A stretch of 64,000 nucleotides of DNA from Octopus vulgaris (GCA_951406725.2 OX597819.1:14570001-14634000), one strand, 5' to 3'; positions 41,771-56,966 are shown, numbered from the stretch's first letter. Translations and numbers: made by a program. Notes: a model not told the origin generated them from the letters alone.

Positions 41771-42432
41771 TGCTGTTCCTTATAATTATTAGTAATAATT
41801 AATAATTAGTAATACTTCACCGATTCTTTTAATTATTACTAACCACTTGTGTCTGTTGTTGTGAAGCGCTTCTGTGATTTCCTACTTCTCTGTCGGTTCG
41901 TTTGTGTAGAAACAAACAAGATGAGGATAATTGGCCAGTGTAAACCCATGAACAAACGCCCTTGTTTTAGCGGCTCTTTCTTTTTTATTAACCGAAATGA
42001 TAAAATGTCCAGAGACCACCGGAACTAAGTTAAGTTAAATACCAGCGCTTACTTCTATGCTTTATTACAATATTACAAACATTGTGTGCCGTGTATTTAT
42101 TACTTTATCTTCTCCCATTTTATATAAATATTTGTATAAGTTAGATAACAAAACTGTTTTGTTGTTCTTTAGTGCCATCAAAGGCATTCCAACCTTAACC
42201 ACCTCCACTTTTTTTCAGACTTAGTTATACCTTGGACTATGTTACGCCTTCATATTAGACAGAAGGGATGTAAATTGTGGGGGATTCGGCTATTGTTTCT
42301 GCAAGACCAGGGAGCCGAGTAGAGGATCGTTCTTCCACTTTTTTGCTAAATTTACGAAGCTAAGACACAAGGTTATACAGAGAGAGAGAGAGAGAGAGAG
42401 AGTCATACACAAACACACACACACACACACAT

Positions 42433-42566
<134 letters not shown>

Positions 42567-42663
42567 GGTTTGTTGCCAACTTAATGTGGCAGTCCCAGGA
42601 AAGGTAATAATGCTACTGCTATTTAACCCTCGGAAACACCGATTCCAGTTGATGAAGTTGATG

Positions 42664-42709
42664 AAAACTGTCCGACGAACGGAAACGAAAAACTCTGAGT
42701 AACAGTTTT
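42664..42709 (+). ncRNA. Degenerate CCGACGA-core hammerhead in a TA-inserted element (~42560-42742)
   Basis: AAAACTGT CCGACGA acg gaaa cga aaaa ctctgag TA ACAGTTTT. The GAAA box is mutated. Confidence 0.5.
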
Positions 42710-43360
42710 TGTGATATTTCTGCTGTTTTTCAATAAAGTGTATATATATATATAGCGTACATACATACACACATACATATATGGGTACAGGACGTCACCA
42801 TTAGTAAACAACATGAAATACGAAAACAAATGAGTTCAATACGCAAGCAACGAGAGAAACAAATGGAAAACAGGACAATTAACACAAAGAACGACCTTTC
42901 ATAAGTTGTCGGCTGTCTATCTACTCCTCATTTCGAGCATTGAACGACAATATGAGTCGCCGAAGACAGTTGCTGCCATAGATACCAAAATAAAATTTGG
43001 GATTTATGGAGGGTAAAGTTGGGAACAAAAACAGAATATTGGAGACATACAAGGAAACCAAACCAAAACAAACATGGGGGGTAATTAGACCAGAACGAGG
43101 GTAAAATAGCGAACACTGGGAGAAATATTTTCTTTGAAAAGAGAAAAGATAGAAGCGAAAGATAGAAAACGTCCAGTCCTTAGGACGGCCTGGAGGAAAA
43201 GAAAGATGATTACGTGAGGAAAAGAAAGATAGACGCTGGTCCCGTGTGAGCAACGGGAGAAAGAAAAAGAGAAAGAGGGGAAGAGAGAGAGAGAGAGACT
43301 GATAGAAAATGAAAGGGAAAAAGGGAATTAGAGAAGGATGGGGGAGAAAACAGTATAGAG

Positions 43361-43424
<64 letters not shown>

Positions 43425-43425
43425 G

Positions 43426-43457
<32 letters not shown>

Positions 43458-43644
43458 TGTATGTATGTATGTATGTGTGTATGTATGTATGTATGCATGT
43501 ATGTACGTACAAATATATATACATTATGTGTGCGTGTGTGTATTTATATATATATATATATACATATACACACACATAATTATATATATTTGTACGTACA
43601 TACATGCATACATACATACACACATATACATATATATATGTGTG

Positions 43645-43720
<76 letters not shown>

Positions 43721-43721
43721 A

Positions 43722-43938
43722 GTGGGGGTGTTAAAAAGTTCCTGGTTTTAAGGCTGTCACGAAGGGTTTGCTTGGAGGCACAAACTTTCTAGTTCTTTTA
43801 TAGGTCTTAGAAAAATTGAAGGTTCATTACAATAAGTGTGTGAATCTGAGAGGGGATTATATTGAATAAAATCATTATTAACTGATCCTCCTGTATTTTC
43901 TTTCACCCAAAGCCCAAAACGTTTCACCGCCTCCTCAT
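43722..43938 (+). mobile_element. Mariner-derived short element
   Basis: Encodes the mariner C-terminus 'GLRKIEG/HYNKCVNLRGDYIE*'. Degenerate TIRs ggggtgttaaaaagtt / aacgtttcaccgcctcc. Confidence 0.6.
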
Positions 43939-43962
43939 AAATACATTTATACATACATACAT

Positions 43963-44260
43963 TATTATGGCTGCCCCCTCGTTATCGAGTATGGCCATTG
44001 CACGAAGCTTAACTGTTACTGGTGCTGTGATCGAATGTGACTTTTTAGCCCAGCTAAAGATCTACAATGTCTTGTACAAAATTGGCAACTCAAACCTTTA
44101 CTTATAATAGCCGGCTGTAGTTGTAACTGGGCTTCATGTACCTTTACATGTCGTTTAAGTCCTCCTGCCAAATTACACTCTCTTCCACATGCCCGACAGA
44201 TATGATTAGTATGGTGTGTTACACCACCACCAGTGGCCAGGTTGTCACTCATCTGTCTCG
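43963..44260 (-). pseudogene. RTE LINE 3' end (same family as 21899-22552)
   Basis: 'HICRACGRECNLAGGLKRHVKVH...CQFCTRHCRSLAGLKSHIRSQH*'. Flanked by (CATA)n. Confidence 0.85.
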
Positions 44261-44431
44261 TACATACATACATACAAACATACATACATACTAGCAAGAT
44301 TAACCAGCCGAAATTGCGAAGATGATCCGGTTCTTGACTGAAGATTGAAGGCTTCGAATGTCCCGTCCGTGTTTTTTGTATCGTCTTCTAAATGTCTCAC
44401 GTTCTTGTCCCAGTTTGTATTTTTTTACATT

Positions 44432-44491
<60 letters not shown>

Positions 44492-44916
44492 GGTGTAATA
44501 TACACACATATGCACATACCATTATGCGCAAATATAAATACGTGTATGTGTGTGTGTGCGTAAACAGAGAGAGAGAGGGAGTTCAGACACACATACGCAT
44601 ACACGGGCGCTCACTTGCACACACACACACATACACACACAACATGTTTTTACAAAGATTTATGTATCAGTGAATGAGTGTATATTTGCGTATTTTATTA
44701 CAAGCGGAAGGTTCTTGCGTTACACTGAGTTTCACGTTGCCGATGTTCATACGATGATATAGACAATCTATTTGTTTAAACGAGAGCTTTTTTCTTCGTT
44801 TCTAGACATACATCTTCAATGTGTGTTTAGGCAGGTATATGTGTGAGTGTGTGTATGTGTGTGTATGTATTTGGTTATTTCATACAAATGTGACCTCGTG
44901 TGTACCGTTGGCGATT

Positions 44917-45093
44917 TTTTTCCTCTGTCTTCCCTTCTCTGGATCTTTTCTTCTCCTATGTTTCCGACGAAGAGCTCCGCTAAAAACGTTAAACCCTCTT
45001 TCTTTACTTCTTTCCTGAGCGTCCAATAATACTATATTTGTTCCACGTCCTCGCGTTGTTGTGTTTTTTTTGTGTTTTCTTGTTTGGATTAAC
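44917..45093 (+). mobile_element. Penelope-type 3' end with a CCGACGA-core hammerhead remnant (44960-44994)
   Basis: GTTT CCGACGA a gagc tcc gct aaaaa cg TT AAAC. The sister copy at 54059-54180 retains gctcGAAAcgttaaac. A further copy lies at ~53120-53215 on the minus strand. Confidence 0.6.
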
Positions 45094-45158
45094 TATATAT
45101 ATATATATATATGTATGAAATAACCAAATACACACACACACACACATATACCTGCTTA

Positions 45159-45221
<63 letters not shown>

Positions 45222-46550
45222 TTATTTATTTGTGAATGTATGTATATATGTGCATATATTATATATATATATGTCATTGCATGTAGATGTGTATGTTTAC
45301 ATGCATATTTCATGCATATATGTATATAACTATAAATGTATAAATACATCAAAATATTTTGTACATATACATATACATGTATATATATATACATATATAT
45401 GCATATAGGGAGAGAGAAAGAAAGAGAGAGAGAGAGAAAGACAGACAGATAGTGCCAGAGACGGACAGGTAGATAGATATCTATATGTGTGTGTGTGTGT
45501 ATATATATGTACACACACACACACATATATATGTGCATATATATATATACATACATATACATACATACAGACAGACAGACATATATATATATGTGTGTAT
45601 GTATGCATGTATGTATGTATGTATGTATGTATATATGCATGTATGTATGTATGTATGTATTTCATTTCTCAGCGATACGTAATAACCTTCTGCTTACTTT
45701 TGTTTGTTTTTTTTATATTTCATTGTATTCCTTGGTGATTCATATGCACAATGTCTGTTTATGATTTCCTCAGATCAAGTGGAGCGTTTAAGATTATGGG
45801 CTTGAAACCATATTAATGGCTTATGTGAGTATTGCGATATGAAATACATATATTGTAAGTCTAAACTTGTGTTAGAGGTCGTATCAAGCAGAAATTACTT
45901 ACCTGAACTTTGTGTTGGGATGAGTATCATCTCGATTTTCGGTTACTGAGAAGCATTTTTATGATGTTTTTCTTATGGAAGCACTTAACCCTTCCTCCAG
46001 CATTCCATTATTTCATACCCCCACCCCACCCCCATGCACACACACACACACACACAGAGTTTATATTTGCTTCTGAGATAACCCCGCGAGTGTGGTGGAT
46101 TTTGAAAATTTACGGCATATAGATTCGAGGTATGCTTATTATTGCCTCGTGAATATATGTTTAGTCCTTGGCTTCTCTGCTGATGAGGCACGCCAGTTGT
46201 AAATGAATTTAATTTAATTAATTTATTTACAATAATTCGTCGAAACTATGCATAGTCCAGAAAGGGAAATGGTAAACGTTTTTATTTCTTTCCATTTCAG
46301 AATTACAACTATTAGTGGTTTGGAGTTTAGCTGCTCTTTCTAGTGAGTTGAATGTCCTATTATGGCCATTCCTTATATATTTGAATATACACATATATAT
46401 ATATATATATATATATAAGTTCAGCAAAATTTAGATTCAAATGAATATGGTACTTAAGTTTGATGCACCAGAATTCTGTATGGTGTTATCCATATAAATC
46501 CATGGGGTGATTATAATCAAAATAAGCAACAAGAATAACTCCGGTAATCT

Positions 46551-46632
46551 GGTACGATCGTTTCACACTACATCATTTTATTAAATGTTGTAAGTATTAC
46601 AACAGTTTTAAAATGCTGAGCACTCATCAGCC
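46551..46632 (-). ncRNA. Type I hammerhead with a long helix II, inside a TA-flanked element with a 47-bp inverted repeat
   Basis: Reverse complement: GG CTGATGA gtgct cagcatttta...tgttgtaa-tac-ttacaaca...taaaatgatg tagtgt GAAAC gatc GTA CC. Inverted repeat arms at 46512-46558 and 46655-46701. Confidence 0.6.
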
Positions 46633-46952
46633 TTTGATAGAGGTTTTCCATTGTATCGTACCAAATTACTGGAGTTATTATTGTTGCTTATTTTGATTAT
46701 ACATATATATATATACATATACATACATACGGCTGTTCATTGTAGTGGAGGGAGATTATTCCATCAGAATGACCTTCTATGTACCTACGTGTGACCACGA
46801 GGTGAATGGCAGATTCACAGACCCTGTCGCAGACTGAGAAGAGAAGCTTTGCTTCGGCAACTTCAACGTCTCATTTGCACTTAATTCTTGTTATCTCTAA
46901 GTGTCGGGGCTCCACTTTTGACCGTTATTTTCCGACGCTATTTGAGCACCCA

Positions 46953-47697
46953 AGTGTGTGTGTGTGAATGTGTGCGTGTGTCTGAATGTGTGTGTGCGTG
47001 CGTCTGTACGTGTGTGTGCGCGCGTGTGTGTGTCTATGTATGTGTATGCTTGTGTGTGCGTGTGTGTCTATGAATGTGTGTATGTGTGTCTGAATGTGTG
47101 TGTGCTTGTGTGTACGTGTGCGTGCGTGTGTGTCCGTGAGCGTGCGTGTGTGTGCGTGCGTATGTGTGTGTCTGAATGTATGTGTGCGTGCGTTTGTACG
47201 TGTGTATGTGCATGTGTGTCTATATGTCTGTGCGTGTGTGTATGTGTGTGTATGTGTGTGTCTGTGTGTCTATGAATGTGTGTATGTGTGTCTGAATGTG
47301 TATGCGTGTGCGCGCGCGTGCGTATAAGTGTGTGTGTGTGTGTGTATATGTGTGTGTGAATGTGAGCGAGTGTGTGTGTCTGAATGTATGTGTGCGTGAG
47401 AGAGCGAATATGTGTGTCTGAATGTATGTATGCGTGCGTGTGTACGTATGTGTGTACATATGTGTGTGTGTGTGTGTGTGAGTGTATCTGTGTGTCTATC
47501 AATGCGTGTGTGTGTGTATGTGTCTGAATGTGTGTGTGCATGTGTGTGCGTGTGTGCGCGTGCACGTGTGTGTGTTAGCGTGTGTTAGTGTCTTTGTGTG
47601 TTTGTATGTGTGTATGCGAATGTGTACATGTATGTGAATGTGTGCGTGTGTTTATAAGTGTGAATATGTGTGTGTGTGTGTGTGTGCGCGCGCGCGC
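46953..47697. repeat. (TG)-rich cryptic minisatellite with recurring tgtctgaatg
   Basis: Direct inspection. Confidence 0.9.
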
Positions 47698-47972
47698 CTC
47701 TGTCCCCACCACCTCTTTATGTCTCTGTAACTTAGCAGGTCGGCTAAAAAGTGACTTTAAAAAGTGACTTTAAAAGGTGGTGTTCCAGCATGGCCGCAGT
47801 CTAATGCCTGAAACAAGTAAATGAACAAAAGTACAAGCATTGTCCATATCGCTCGTCATGGACGAATAGCTTCCATCTTCAGCGCAGTTGACCTCCATGA
47901 CTGACCATGACTTTTCCATCTCCAATAACTATGTCAAGCCTGTTGTGTTTACACTTGGTAGAACATTTTCGT

Positions 47973-48162
47973 CAGCTTCTGCACGCATTTTTTTCTCTCC
48001 TTGTTTCTCTCCGTGTTTCTTTTCTGTGTATCTTTCTGTTGAAGAGCGTAGGCTCGAAACGTAAAAGACTTGTTTTATTTATATTCCTGAGCGCCATACT
48101 AATACAATTGTTTGTATTCCACCTGCCTTCGTCTTTTGTTTATTTTCATAAAGCTTCCCGTT
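47973..48162 (+). mobile_element. Solo Penelope-type 3' end with a CUGUUGA hammerhead (48031-48068)
   Basis: Near-identical to 19615-19810: TCTTT CTGTTGA a GAG cgtagg CTC GAAA cg TA AAAGA. Confidence 0.75.
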
Positions 48163-48272
48163 ATTACAATTACATGGTTCCAGGTTCCTTGGGTGAGTGT
48201 CTTCTACTATAGCCTCGGGTCGACCAAAGCCTACTGGGTGGATTTGGTAGACGGAAACTGAAAGAAGCCCAT

Positions 48273-48370
<98 letters not shown>

Positions 48371-48543
48371 TGTGTATATATGAATGTCTATGTGCAAAGT
48401 ATTCTTATACATGTATGACTGTATTTTTCTAGTTTTTCTTCTCTCTCTTTTTTTTTTTTCAAGTTGCTAAACACTTTCTTTCTTTCGCTCTCCGTTTCTG
48501 TTTTCTTCTCCATTTCTCTCTCTGTCTGTCTCTCTCTCTCTCT

Positions 48544-48603
<60 letters not shown>

Positions 48604-48609
48604 TAGATA

Positions 48610-48648
<39 letters not shown>

Positions 48649-50153
48649 TTTATTTATATTTATATATATATGTATATTATCTTTCTCTTTTTCTCTCTTT
48701 CTGTCTCTGTATCTCTCTCTCTCTTCTCTTTTTCTCTCTCTCTTCTCTTCTCTTTCTCTCTCTCTTTCTCTTTCTCGGTGCTGTTCTTCACCTCAAGTCC
48801 TCCTCCTCCTTCTTCCCTGTCACCTACAAATTCTTCATATTTCTGCTATTTATCGCCATTGATTTCGCTCACTTTCCTGCGCCGCCCACCGCGACACCTT
48901 CGCCTCCCCGTCACCCCACACACCGCTACTTTATTCTAAATCGTAATCTTTCACCAATTTCCACCACCACCACCACCATAAACACTATCGCTGTCTCCAC
49001 CACCACCACCACCACCACCATCACCACTAATACAACTGTCACCACTATCAACGTTACTACCACCACCACCACCACCACCACCACCGCCGCCACCACTATC
49101 CACCACTACCATCCACGAACTACACAGCCACATCACCATCCACTACTCATTACTTCGGCGAGGAGAACGGTGACCACCACCACCGACGTCACCGCCACTC
49201 TATAATCCTCTTATCACTTTATCATATCGGAATCATTTCTATTTCCTAAACAAAACAAACAAAAAAAAAACGAAGGAAAAGAATCCCCCCACCCCACCCG
49301 CCGTTCATCCTTGATATCATTTTCGTATAAAAGAGGATCATTTGAAAGTGACTCTCCCTTAAACAAGAAGAGGATCGCTTTTTGATCTATATACTTGCTA
49401 GAAATAGAAGTCAAATGCATTGTAAATTACATGCAACCTTCCTAGAAAATGGAGAACATACTGAATATTTGTAAAATGAAGAACATACTGAATATTTGTA
49501 AAAAAACGTCAAAAACATTCGTAAGATTGGATGGTCACGGCTGGAGTAAAGAACTGATTCTGGGCTTTAAAATATCAGCTTTTCTACTTGAAGGTGGTTG
49601 CTCTATTTGCTATAAACAACAGCTAAATGTCTTTCAAATTACATCCGATCGTTTTAAATAAATAGAAAGATACATTATAGAATGGTAGAATTATTAGACT
49701 GGATGGTCACGGCTGGATTAACTTTTATTAATAGCTAAGACTAGATGAGTTTCATGAGTGCTCAATTTGCTGAAAAAATAACTAAATTTCCCTCAAAACG
49801 GAAGATTGTAGGGTAGTGTAAAAATAAAAATGAAAAAAAAAGAGTGTCTCTGATCATTGGTAAGCCCGTGTCCTGGGTCAGGACAGACCTGTGGCTAAAT
49901 AACAACAGCAACAACAACAACAACAACAACAGCTCTCCTCTCTTTCCTTCATTCAACTTCTTCAATATATAATGTTATCAATTAAGTTCTTTGACATTTT
50001 ACCATTTTTCCTCCTTCCCCTATCCAAGACCCTAAACACCAACAGCATGGAGAATTTTGTTCCATGTCCAAAGTTGTTCTGACGATTCTTCCGCTTCCTT
50101 CTTTCCAATTTTCATTTTCTCTTCATTCAAGCCCCCTTTTCTCCGCTCTATTC

Positions 50154-50208
<55 letters not shown>

Positions 50209-50724
50209 ATTATTCACTTTTATTCCTCTTCCTTCTCCCTTCCTTCCACATCACTCCAATACCTTTCACAACTTCTTTCCAACCTCCATATTTCTACTTT
50301 CACTTCTGTCTTTACAAATGTCTCCCATCTTGAATTCCTCTTTTCATTCATAATTTCGCATTTTCCTATCCCCTCTCATCCCCTCTCATCCCCTCTCTTT
50401 CTCTCTATCTCTCTTTCTCCCCCTCTCTCTCTCCTCTCACTGCATCTAACTCTCTCCCTCTCTCTCCGTTTCTCTCTCTATCTATATCTTTTTTCTTTTC
50501 CTCAGTCTCCTCATCTCCTCCACCATCTTCATTTCATCCCTTTTCCACTCATCCTTTCTCCCACTTGCTACTCTCCCTCCCACTATCTCTTGTTCTCACT
50601 ATCTCTCTCTCTCTCTCTCTCTCTCACTCATTCACCTTTCTCCCTCTCTCTCTCTCTCTCTCTCTCACTCATTCACCTTTCTCCCGATCTCTCTCTCTCT
50701 CTCTCACTCATTCACCTTTCTCTC

Positions 50725-50762
<38 letters not shown>

Positions 50763-50997
50763 CGTTCGTTCTCTCCTTTCTCCAACCCCCACCACTCTCT
50801 TCCTCTACGTACATATCACCCCACCCCCACCATATTTATTGTCCCCCCGACTTCTTCGTTTTCCAGTTAATTTTCTACTCGTTAACCCCCCTAACCCTCC
50901 CCCCTCTTCCAATCTCTTACAATTACCGGAAACCATTGCAAATAACCCTTCAGATATCGCTGCTTATTTCTTTAGAACGGTGCAGTGATTTCTCGAG

Positions 50998-51670
50998 TCC
51001 ACCACCACCACCGTCTCCACCACCACCACCACCACTATCATTACCATTATCGCTAGCAGCATCCCCCATCACCAATGCCACATACATTGGCGGTTACAAC
51101 CACCACCAACACCACCACCACTACCGCCGCCACCACCATCATCACCACCACCACCACCACCAACACCACCACCAACACCACCACCGCCGCCACCACCACC
51201 ATCACCACCACCACCATCACCACCACCACCAACAACAACAACAACAACACCACCACCACCACCAAACACTAACATCACCACCACCACCACCAACAACAAC
51301 AACACCAACACCACCACCAAACACTAACATCACCACCACCACCACCAACACCACCACCAATACCACCACCGCCGCCACCACCACCATCACCACCACCACC
51401 ACCATCACCACCACCACCACCACCACCACCACCACCACCACCACCACCAACAACAACACCAACACCACCACCAAACACCAACATCACCACCACCACCACC
51501 ACCGCCGCCGCCGCCACCATCATCATCACCACCACCACCACCACCACCACCACCACCACCACCACCACCACCACCACCACCACGATCATCATCATCGCCG
51601 CCACCACCCCCAGCACCACGACTCCCATCGCCAATACCTCGCCCATCATCACCATTGCCGCCACCGCCAC
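50998..51670. repeat. (CCA)n-based compound tract
   Basis: Direct inspection. The poly-His/Thr/Pro ORFs here are read-through. Confidence 0.95.
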
Positions 51671-51754
51671 ACACATACACGCGCGCATTCTCTCTTCCTT
51701 TCTTTCTTTATTTCTTTCTTTCTGTTTTGCTTTGTTTTTATTTCTTTCCTTCCG

Positions 51755-51811
<57 letters not shown>

Positions 51812-52202
51812 TTCTCTCTCTCTCTTTCTCTTCTCTCAACGCCAACAATATTAGCGCCGTACCATAACCACCACGAAACACCACCACCCCTTACACCTTA
51901 GCACCAGCACCACCAGCATACCCACCACCACCACCACCACCAGCACCACCATCACCGCCACCGGCGCCACCCCCCTAGAATGTCTCCGTTCCCTCTCTCT
52001 CCGTCCTCTAAAGCGTGTCTCATTCTTCCAATCGCCAGTCACTTTGTCAATTCCACGACTTTGTGTCTTCGCATCCCTTTTTAACCGTTCTTTATTCAGA
52101 AGACACCGCAATTCCCAACACAACGAACTTTTCACCTCCAACAACAACCAACACCACCGCCACAACCACCACCACCACAACCACAACCACCACCACCACC
52201 AT

Positions 52203-52285
<83 letters not shown>

Positions 52286-52576
52286 TACTACTACTGCAAG
52301 AGCATTTTCGATAATGGATTTGACCAGCTCCTCCGCCCATCCTTCTCTCTTCCCTTCTTCATTCTTTCTGTATTTGATGTGTGTGTGTGTGTGTGTGTGT
52401 ACGTGCTTGCGTGCATACGTGTGTGTTTCTGCGTGGTTTTATTGCGTATGCGTGTGTCTGAGTGTTTGTGTACGCCTGCGAGTGTGTGTGTGTGTGTGTG
52501 CGTGTGTGTGAGAGATGGAGTGAGTTTATGTGTGTGTGTGTGTGTGTGTGTCTGTGTGAGAGAGAGAGAGTGAGTT

Positions 52577-52615
<39 letters not shown>

Positions 52616-52842
52616 GAGTGAGAGAGAGAGAGAGTGAGTTGTGTGTGTGTGTGTGTGTGCGTTTGGATAATTGTTTCTTAGGCTATTTTTCTTCCTTTCC
52701 TTGGAATGAATAACTTCTTTTGGAACTCTTCACAGAATCTTCAGGAACTCCCAGGGTTCAACAAAGTGAAGATGTAGTGGGTGGGAAATTCAGTCTCCTG
52801 AAACCCCCCACACCCCCACAAAATACATACACACATACATAA

Positions 52843-52891
<49 letters not shown>

Positions 52892-53231
52892 ACAATCTTA
52901 CTTAAAAGGGATGCGTGCGTTTCGTCATATAATATATTAATAAATAAAATAAAAATAAAATATATGCATATATATAAACATATATGTACGTACCTACCTC
53001 TACATGTACATATACAAGCATTTATGAGTACAGGACACCAAAAGGATGTCGAACACAATGAGAAACGAAGACATAGACACAAACCAAAGGAACTGGACAT
53101 TTTTTATATATATATATATAGTGAATCAAAACAAGAAACAACAATAACGCGAGTACTGTATTATAAGACGCTCAGGATAGATAAAACTTGGAAGAGGATG
53201 CGTGGCGTTCAATCATATAATAATATAAATA

Positions 53232-53266
<35 letters not shown>

Positions 53267-53539
53267 TGTGTGTATGCATATATACTTATGTGGCCACAGG
53301 ACGTCACGAAACGTGTACAACAACAAGAAAATACGAAGCACGAGTACATGGAACATGAACTATTCTTTCGAACAACGAAAGATACCAATGGCAAACAAAA
53401 CAAACAACATCAAGAAGGACCCTTCATCAGTATGTGTGTGTTTGGATAATTGGTGTGTTTATATCCCCTTAACTTAGGCGGTTCGGCAAAACAGATTGAT
53501 AGAATAAGTACTAGGTTTACTAAGAATAAGTCCTGGGGT

Positions 53540-53707
<168 letters not shown>

Positions 53708-54013
53708 TGTATGTATGTATGTATGTATGCATGTATGTATGTATAGATGTATGTACATATACGTATGTATATATGCATATATATATATATATAATGTTCT
53801 TTGCTTAGTTTTTCCTTGGGGCTGACCAGATTAGACCAATCTCAAGAATAATCAGCCCAAATTGTGAGGATAATCTGGTGCTTGACTGAGAATAGAAGGC
53901 TTGGAATGACCCGTCCTTGTTTTTCTTTGTATCGTCTATCTCGATGTGTTGATGTCCCTTTTTGTATCACCTGAATGTCCTGATGTTTTACGTTCTTGTC
54001 CCATTTTGTATTC

Positions 54014-54058
<45 letters not shown>

Positions 54059-54881
54059 CGCTCGAAACGTTAAACCCTCCTTCTTTCCTTCTCTCCTGAG
54101 CGTCCAATAGCACTATACTTGTTCCACATCCTCGCGTTGTTGGGTTTTCTCTTTGTGTTTTCATGTTTGAATTAACTATATATATATATATATATATATA
54201 TAATGTAATGGACGCAGGTTCGTGTGTCAAATAGCTAGCTAGAGGCGATGGCTTCTTGGAGCTAATCAGCGACAGCTTTAGTCTTATTTATAGACTGCCA
54301 TATTAGTATGGCGATAACTATTAATATATATATATATATATATATATGATAGATCGTTAGCTACTACACACATTTTTTTCTCTCCTTGTTTCTCTCCTTG
54401 TTTTTTCTGTGTACCTTTCTTTTATTTATTTACATGCTTCAGTCATTTGACTGCGGCTATGTTAGAGCACCGCCTTTTGTCGAATGAATGGACCCCAGGA
54501 CTTATTCTTAGTAAACATAGTACTTATTCTGTCAATCTCATTTGCCGAACCGCTAAGTTACGGGGATATAAACACGGAAAGAGAAAGGATGAACATAGTC
54601 CTAGATAGCTTCGTTGAAAAAGTAAATGGGAGTAGCCACGGATGGAACGCCATTGATGGTATGTCGTCAGGCAACAACGACGGGGCAATGCCATTATTGC
54701 AATTACTCACAGCTCCTGACTGTTTGAACCTTCATATTTCAATATAATGGAAAGAACATGTCACAGTCAGAGACACAACAAACAGATCTTCGGACCGACG
54801 GACGGACTAACAGACAACGTCTTCTATGCTTCCTTCTCCTTCTCCTGTTCCTCCTCCCTTTTCCTTGTCTTCTTCTTCTTC

Positions 54882-54920
<39 letters not shown>

Positions 54921-55058
54921 TTCTCGTCTATCTTCTCCCCCTCTCTTCGTCCTTGTCCTCCTCCTCATCCACGTCCTCCTCTTCGTCCTCGCCCTCCCTC
55001 TCTCCCTCCTCCTCCTCCCCCTCCTTCTTCTTCTTATTATTATTATGGAACATCATGA

Positions 55059-55289
55059 CCATGTATCGAAAGGAATTCTTTGGGATTTGAAAAATTCACT
55101 TCTGGAAACATGGGTGTTTTGTACATCATTTAGGGGCCTTTTGAGCAGAATAGGCCCCTCTTGGAAGGTCATGCATTGTTTATCTTGAAATAAGATCACC
55201 ATGTAGCGCACATGTGGTTGTGATGCATGTGCCTGGTGTACCCTATCAGTCATGATGGCTATACTGGGCTTCATGTATTTTACCCCGTA

Positions 55290-55362
<73 letters not shown>

Positions 55363-55394
55363 TTTTTTTTTATTTTTTATTATTATTATTATCA

Positions 55395-55429
<35 letters not shown>

Positions 55430-55916
55430 GAATGAGAGAGCAGTGCATGCCATCAAAGTGACACTAGGCACATGCATCACAACCATATGTGCGCGACATG
55501 GTGGTCTCATATCAAGGTAAACAGCGCATGACCTTACAGGTGGGGCCCAGTTAGAATTTTCTTCTGTTCGAGTAGCCCATCCCGCTTAAAAGGTCCCCGA
55601 ATAAGGGTTGTTTAAGGATGTTGAACGAAACACCCATGTTTCCAGAGGTGAATTATTCAAACCTTTAAGAATCCCTCTCAACACACGGCTATGATGCTCC
55701 CCCACTATTTCTGCTCGTGATCAGAGATGTACATATCGTCAGCCACTAAGGGACATGCTCAACTAGTTAAGGTCAAGCAACTGACAAGCAAAGCTGTGGT
55801 ATTGAGCAGAATATTTGCTGTAGCCCATCTCTTATACCAAGACAAAACAATGTATATAATAACACTTCCAATCAGTTAAGATCAGACGCCGTGAGAACCA
55901 CTGCCTGGTACTGCAT
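55059..55916. mobile_element. Two oppositely oriented copies of the 2051-2608 repeat around an (ATT)n tract
   Basis: 55059-55287 is the reverse complement of part of 55429-55916. Confidence 0.8.
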
Positions 55917-55957
55917 TATTATTGCTGTTATTCTGAAAGATTCTCGAATAGTTCATA

Positions 55958-56351
55958 GGCGCAGGAGTGACTGTGTGGTAAGAAGCTTTCTTACCAACCA
56001 CATGGTTCCGGGTTGAGTTTTGGGCAAGTGTCTTCTACTATAGCCTCGGGCCGACCAAAGCCGTGTGAATGGATTTCGTAGACAGAAACTGAAAGAAGCT
56101 CGTCGTATATAAATATATATATGTGTGTATGTGTTTGTGTGTATGTGTTCCCCCCACCCTCAACATCGCTTGACAACTGATACTGGTGTGTTTACGTCCT
56201 CGTAACTTAGCGGTTCGGCGAAAGGGTCCGATAGAATAAATACTAGACTTACAAAGAATAAGTGCTAGGGTCGATTTGCTCGACTAAAGGCGGTGCTCCA
56301 GCGTGGCCGCAGTCAAATGACTGAAACAAGTAAAAGAGTAAAAGAGAGTAA
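55958..56351 (+). mobile_element. SINE family A, full length
   Basis: Family consensus. Confidence 0.9.
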
Positions 56352-56913
56352 AGTGTAAATTAGCAGTTATTCTTTACTTGAAAGCAGGCAATAACAAATC
56401 ACTAAAGGTTTCAAGTAATGCCTTCTCCTGTGACTCAAAGGGACAATACTCTCTTTAAAATGCGAGATGATATGGTCATGCTGAAATATAAGGGAAGATA
56501 AATCGATATAAATCAAATAAAATTAACTTTTAGCGGCTAATGCTGGTTGTCGCCTTCCTTGTGATGGCTGCTGGGTCGCCGTAACCATTGTTCACGTAAA
56601 GACACATATGCAGGTAAGAAACAGCGAAACAACGAGACGGCGGCGACGACCGGTGGTGAAAGCGACGACGACCCAGGCTGTTAATTTTGTAAGAACATAA
56701 ACTTCCAGAGCTGACATCACGAAAGATAAATTTGATTTAATTCCCTTTTCTGACAACATGACTGAATCATTTATTTTTTAAGGATTGAAACCGGTAGCAT
56801 ATTATGATAAAAATCTTAATATCTTCTGTCTTTTATCCCTGATAAATTCTTAAAGCATTTTATCTTTTTGTTTTTTCATCTCTTATTCTCTCTCTCTCGC
56901 CTTTTCTCCACTG

Positions 56914-56966
<53 letters not shown>

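Noticed and set aside
42895-42990. Possible hammerhead in family E; also ctgatga/ctgacga at 13322, 25891, 33494, 33821, 34070, 46180 and ctgaaga at 44338
   Set aside because: Could not assemble both core boxes with correctly placed helices.
50936-51901. 321-aa His/Thr/Pro-rich ORF, and similar long ORFs at 23683-24615, 28296-29135 and 37551-38288
   Set aside because: Translation of microsatellites that lack stop codons; no domain content.
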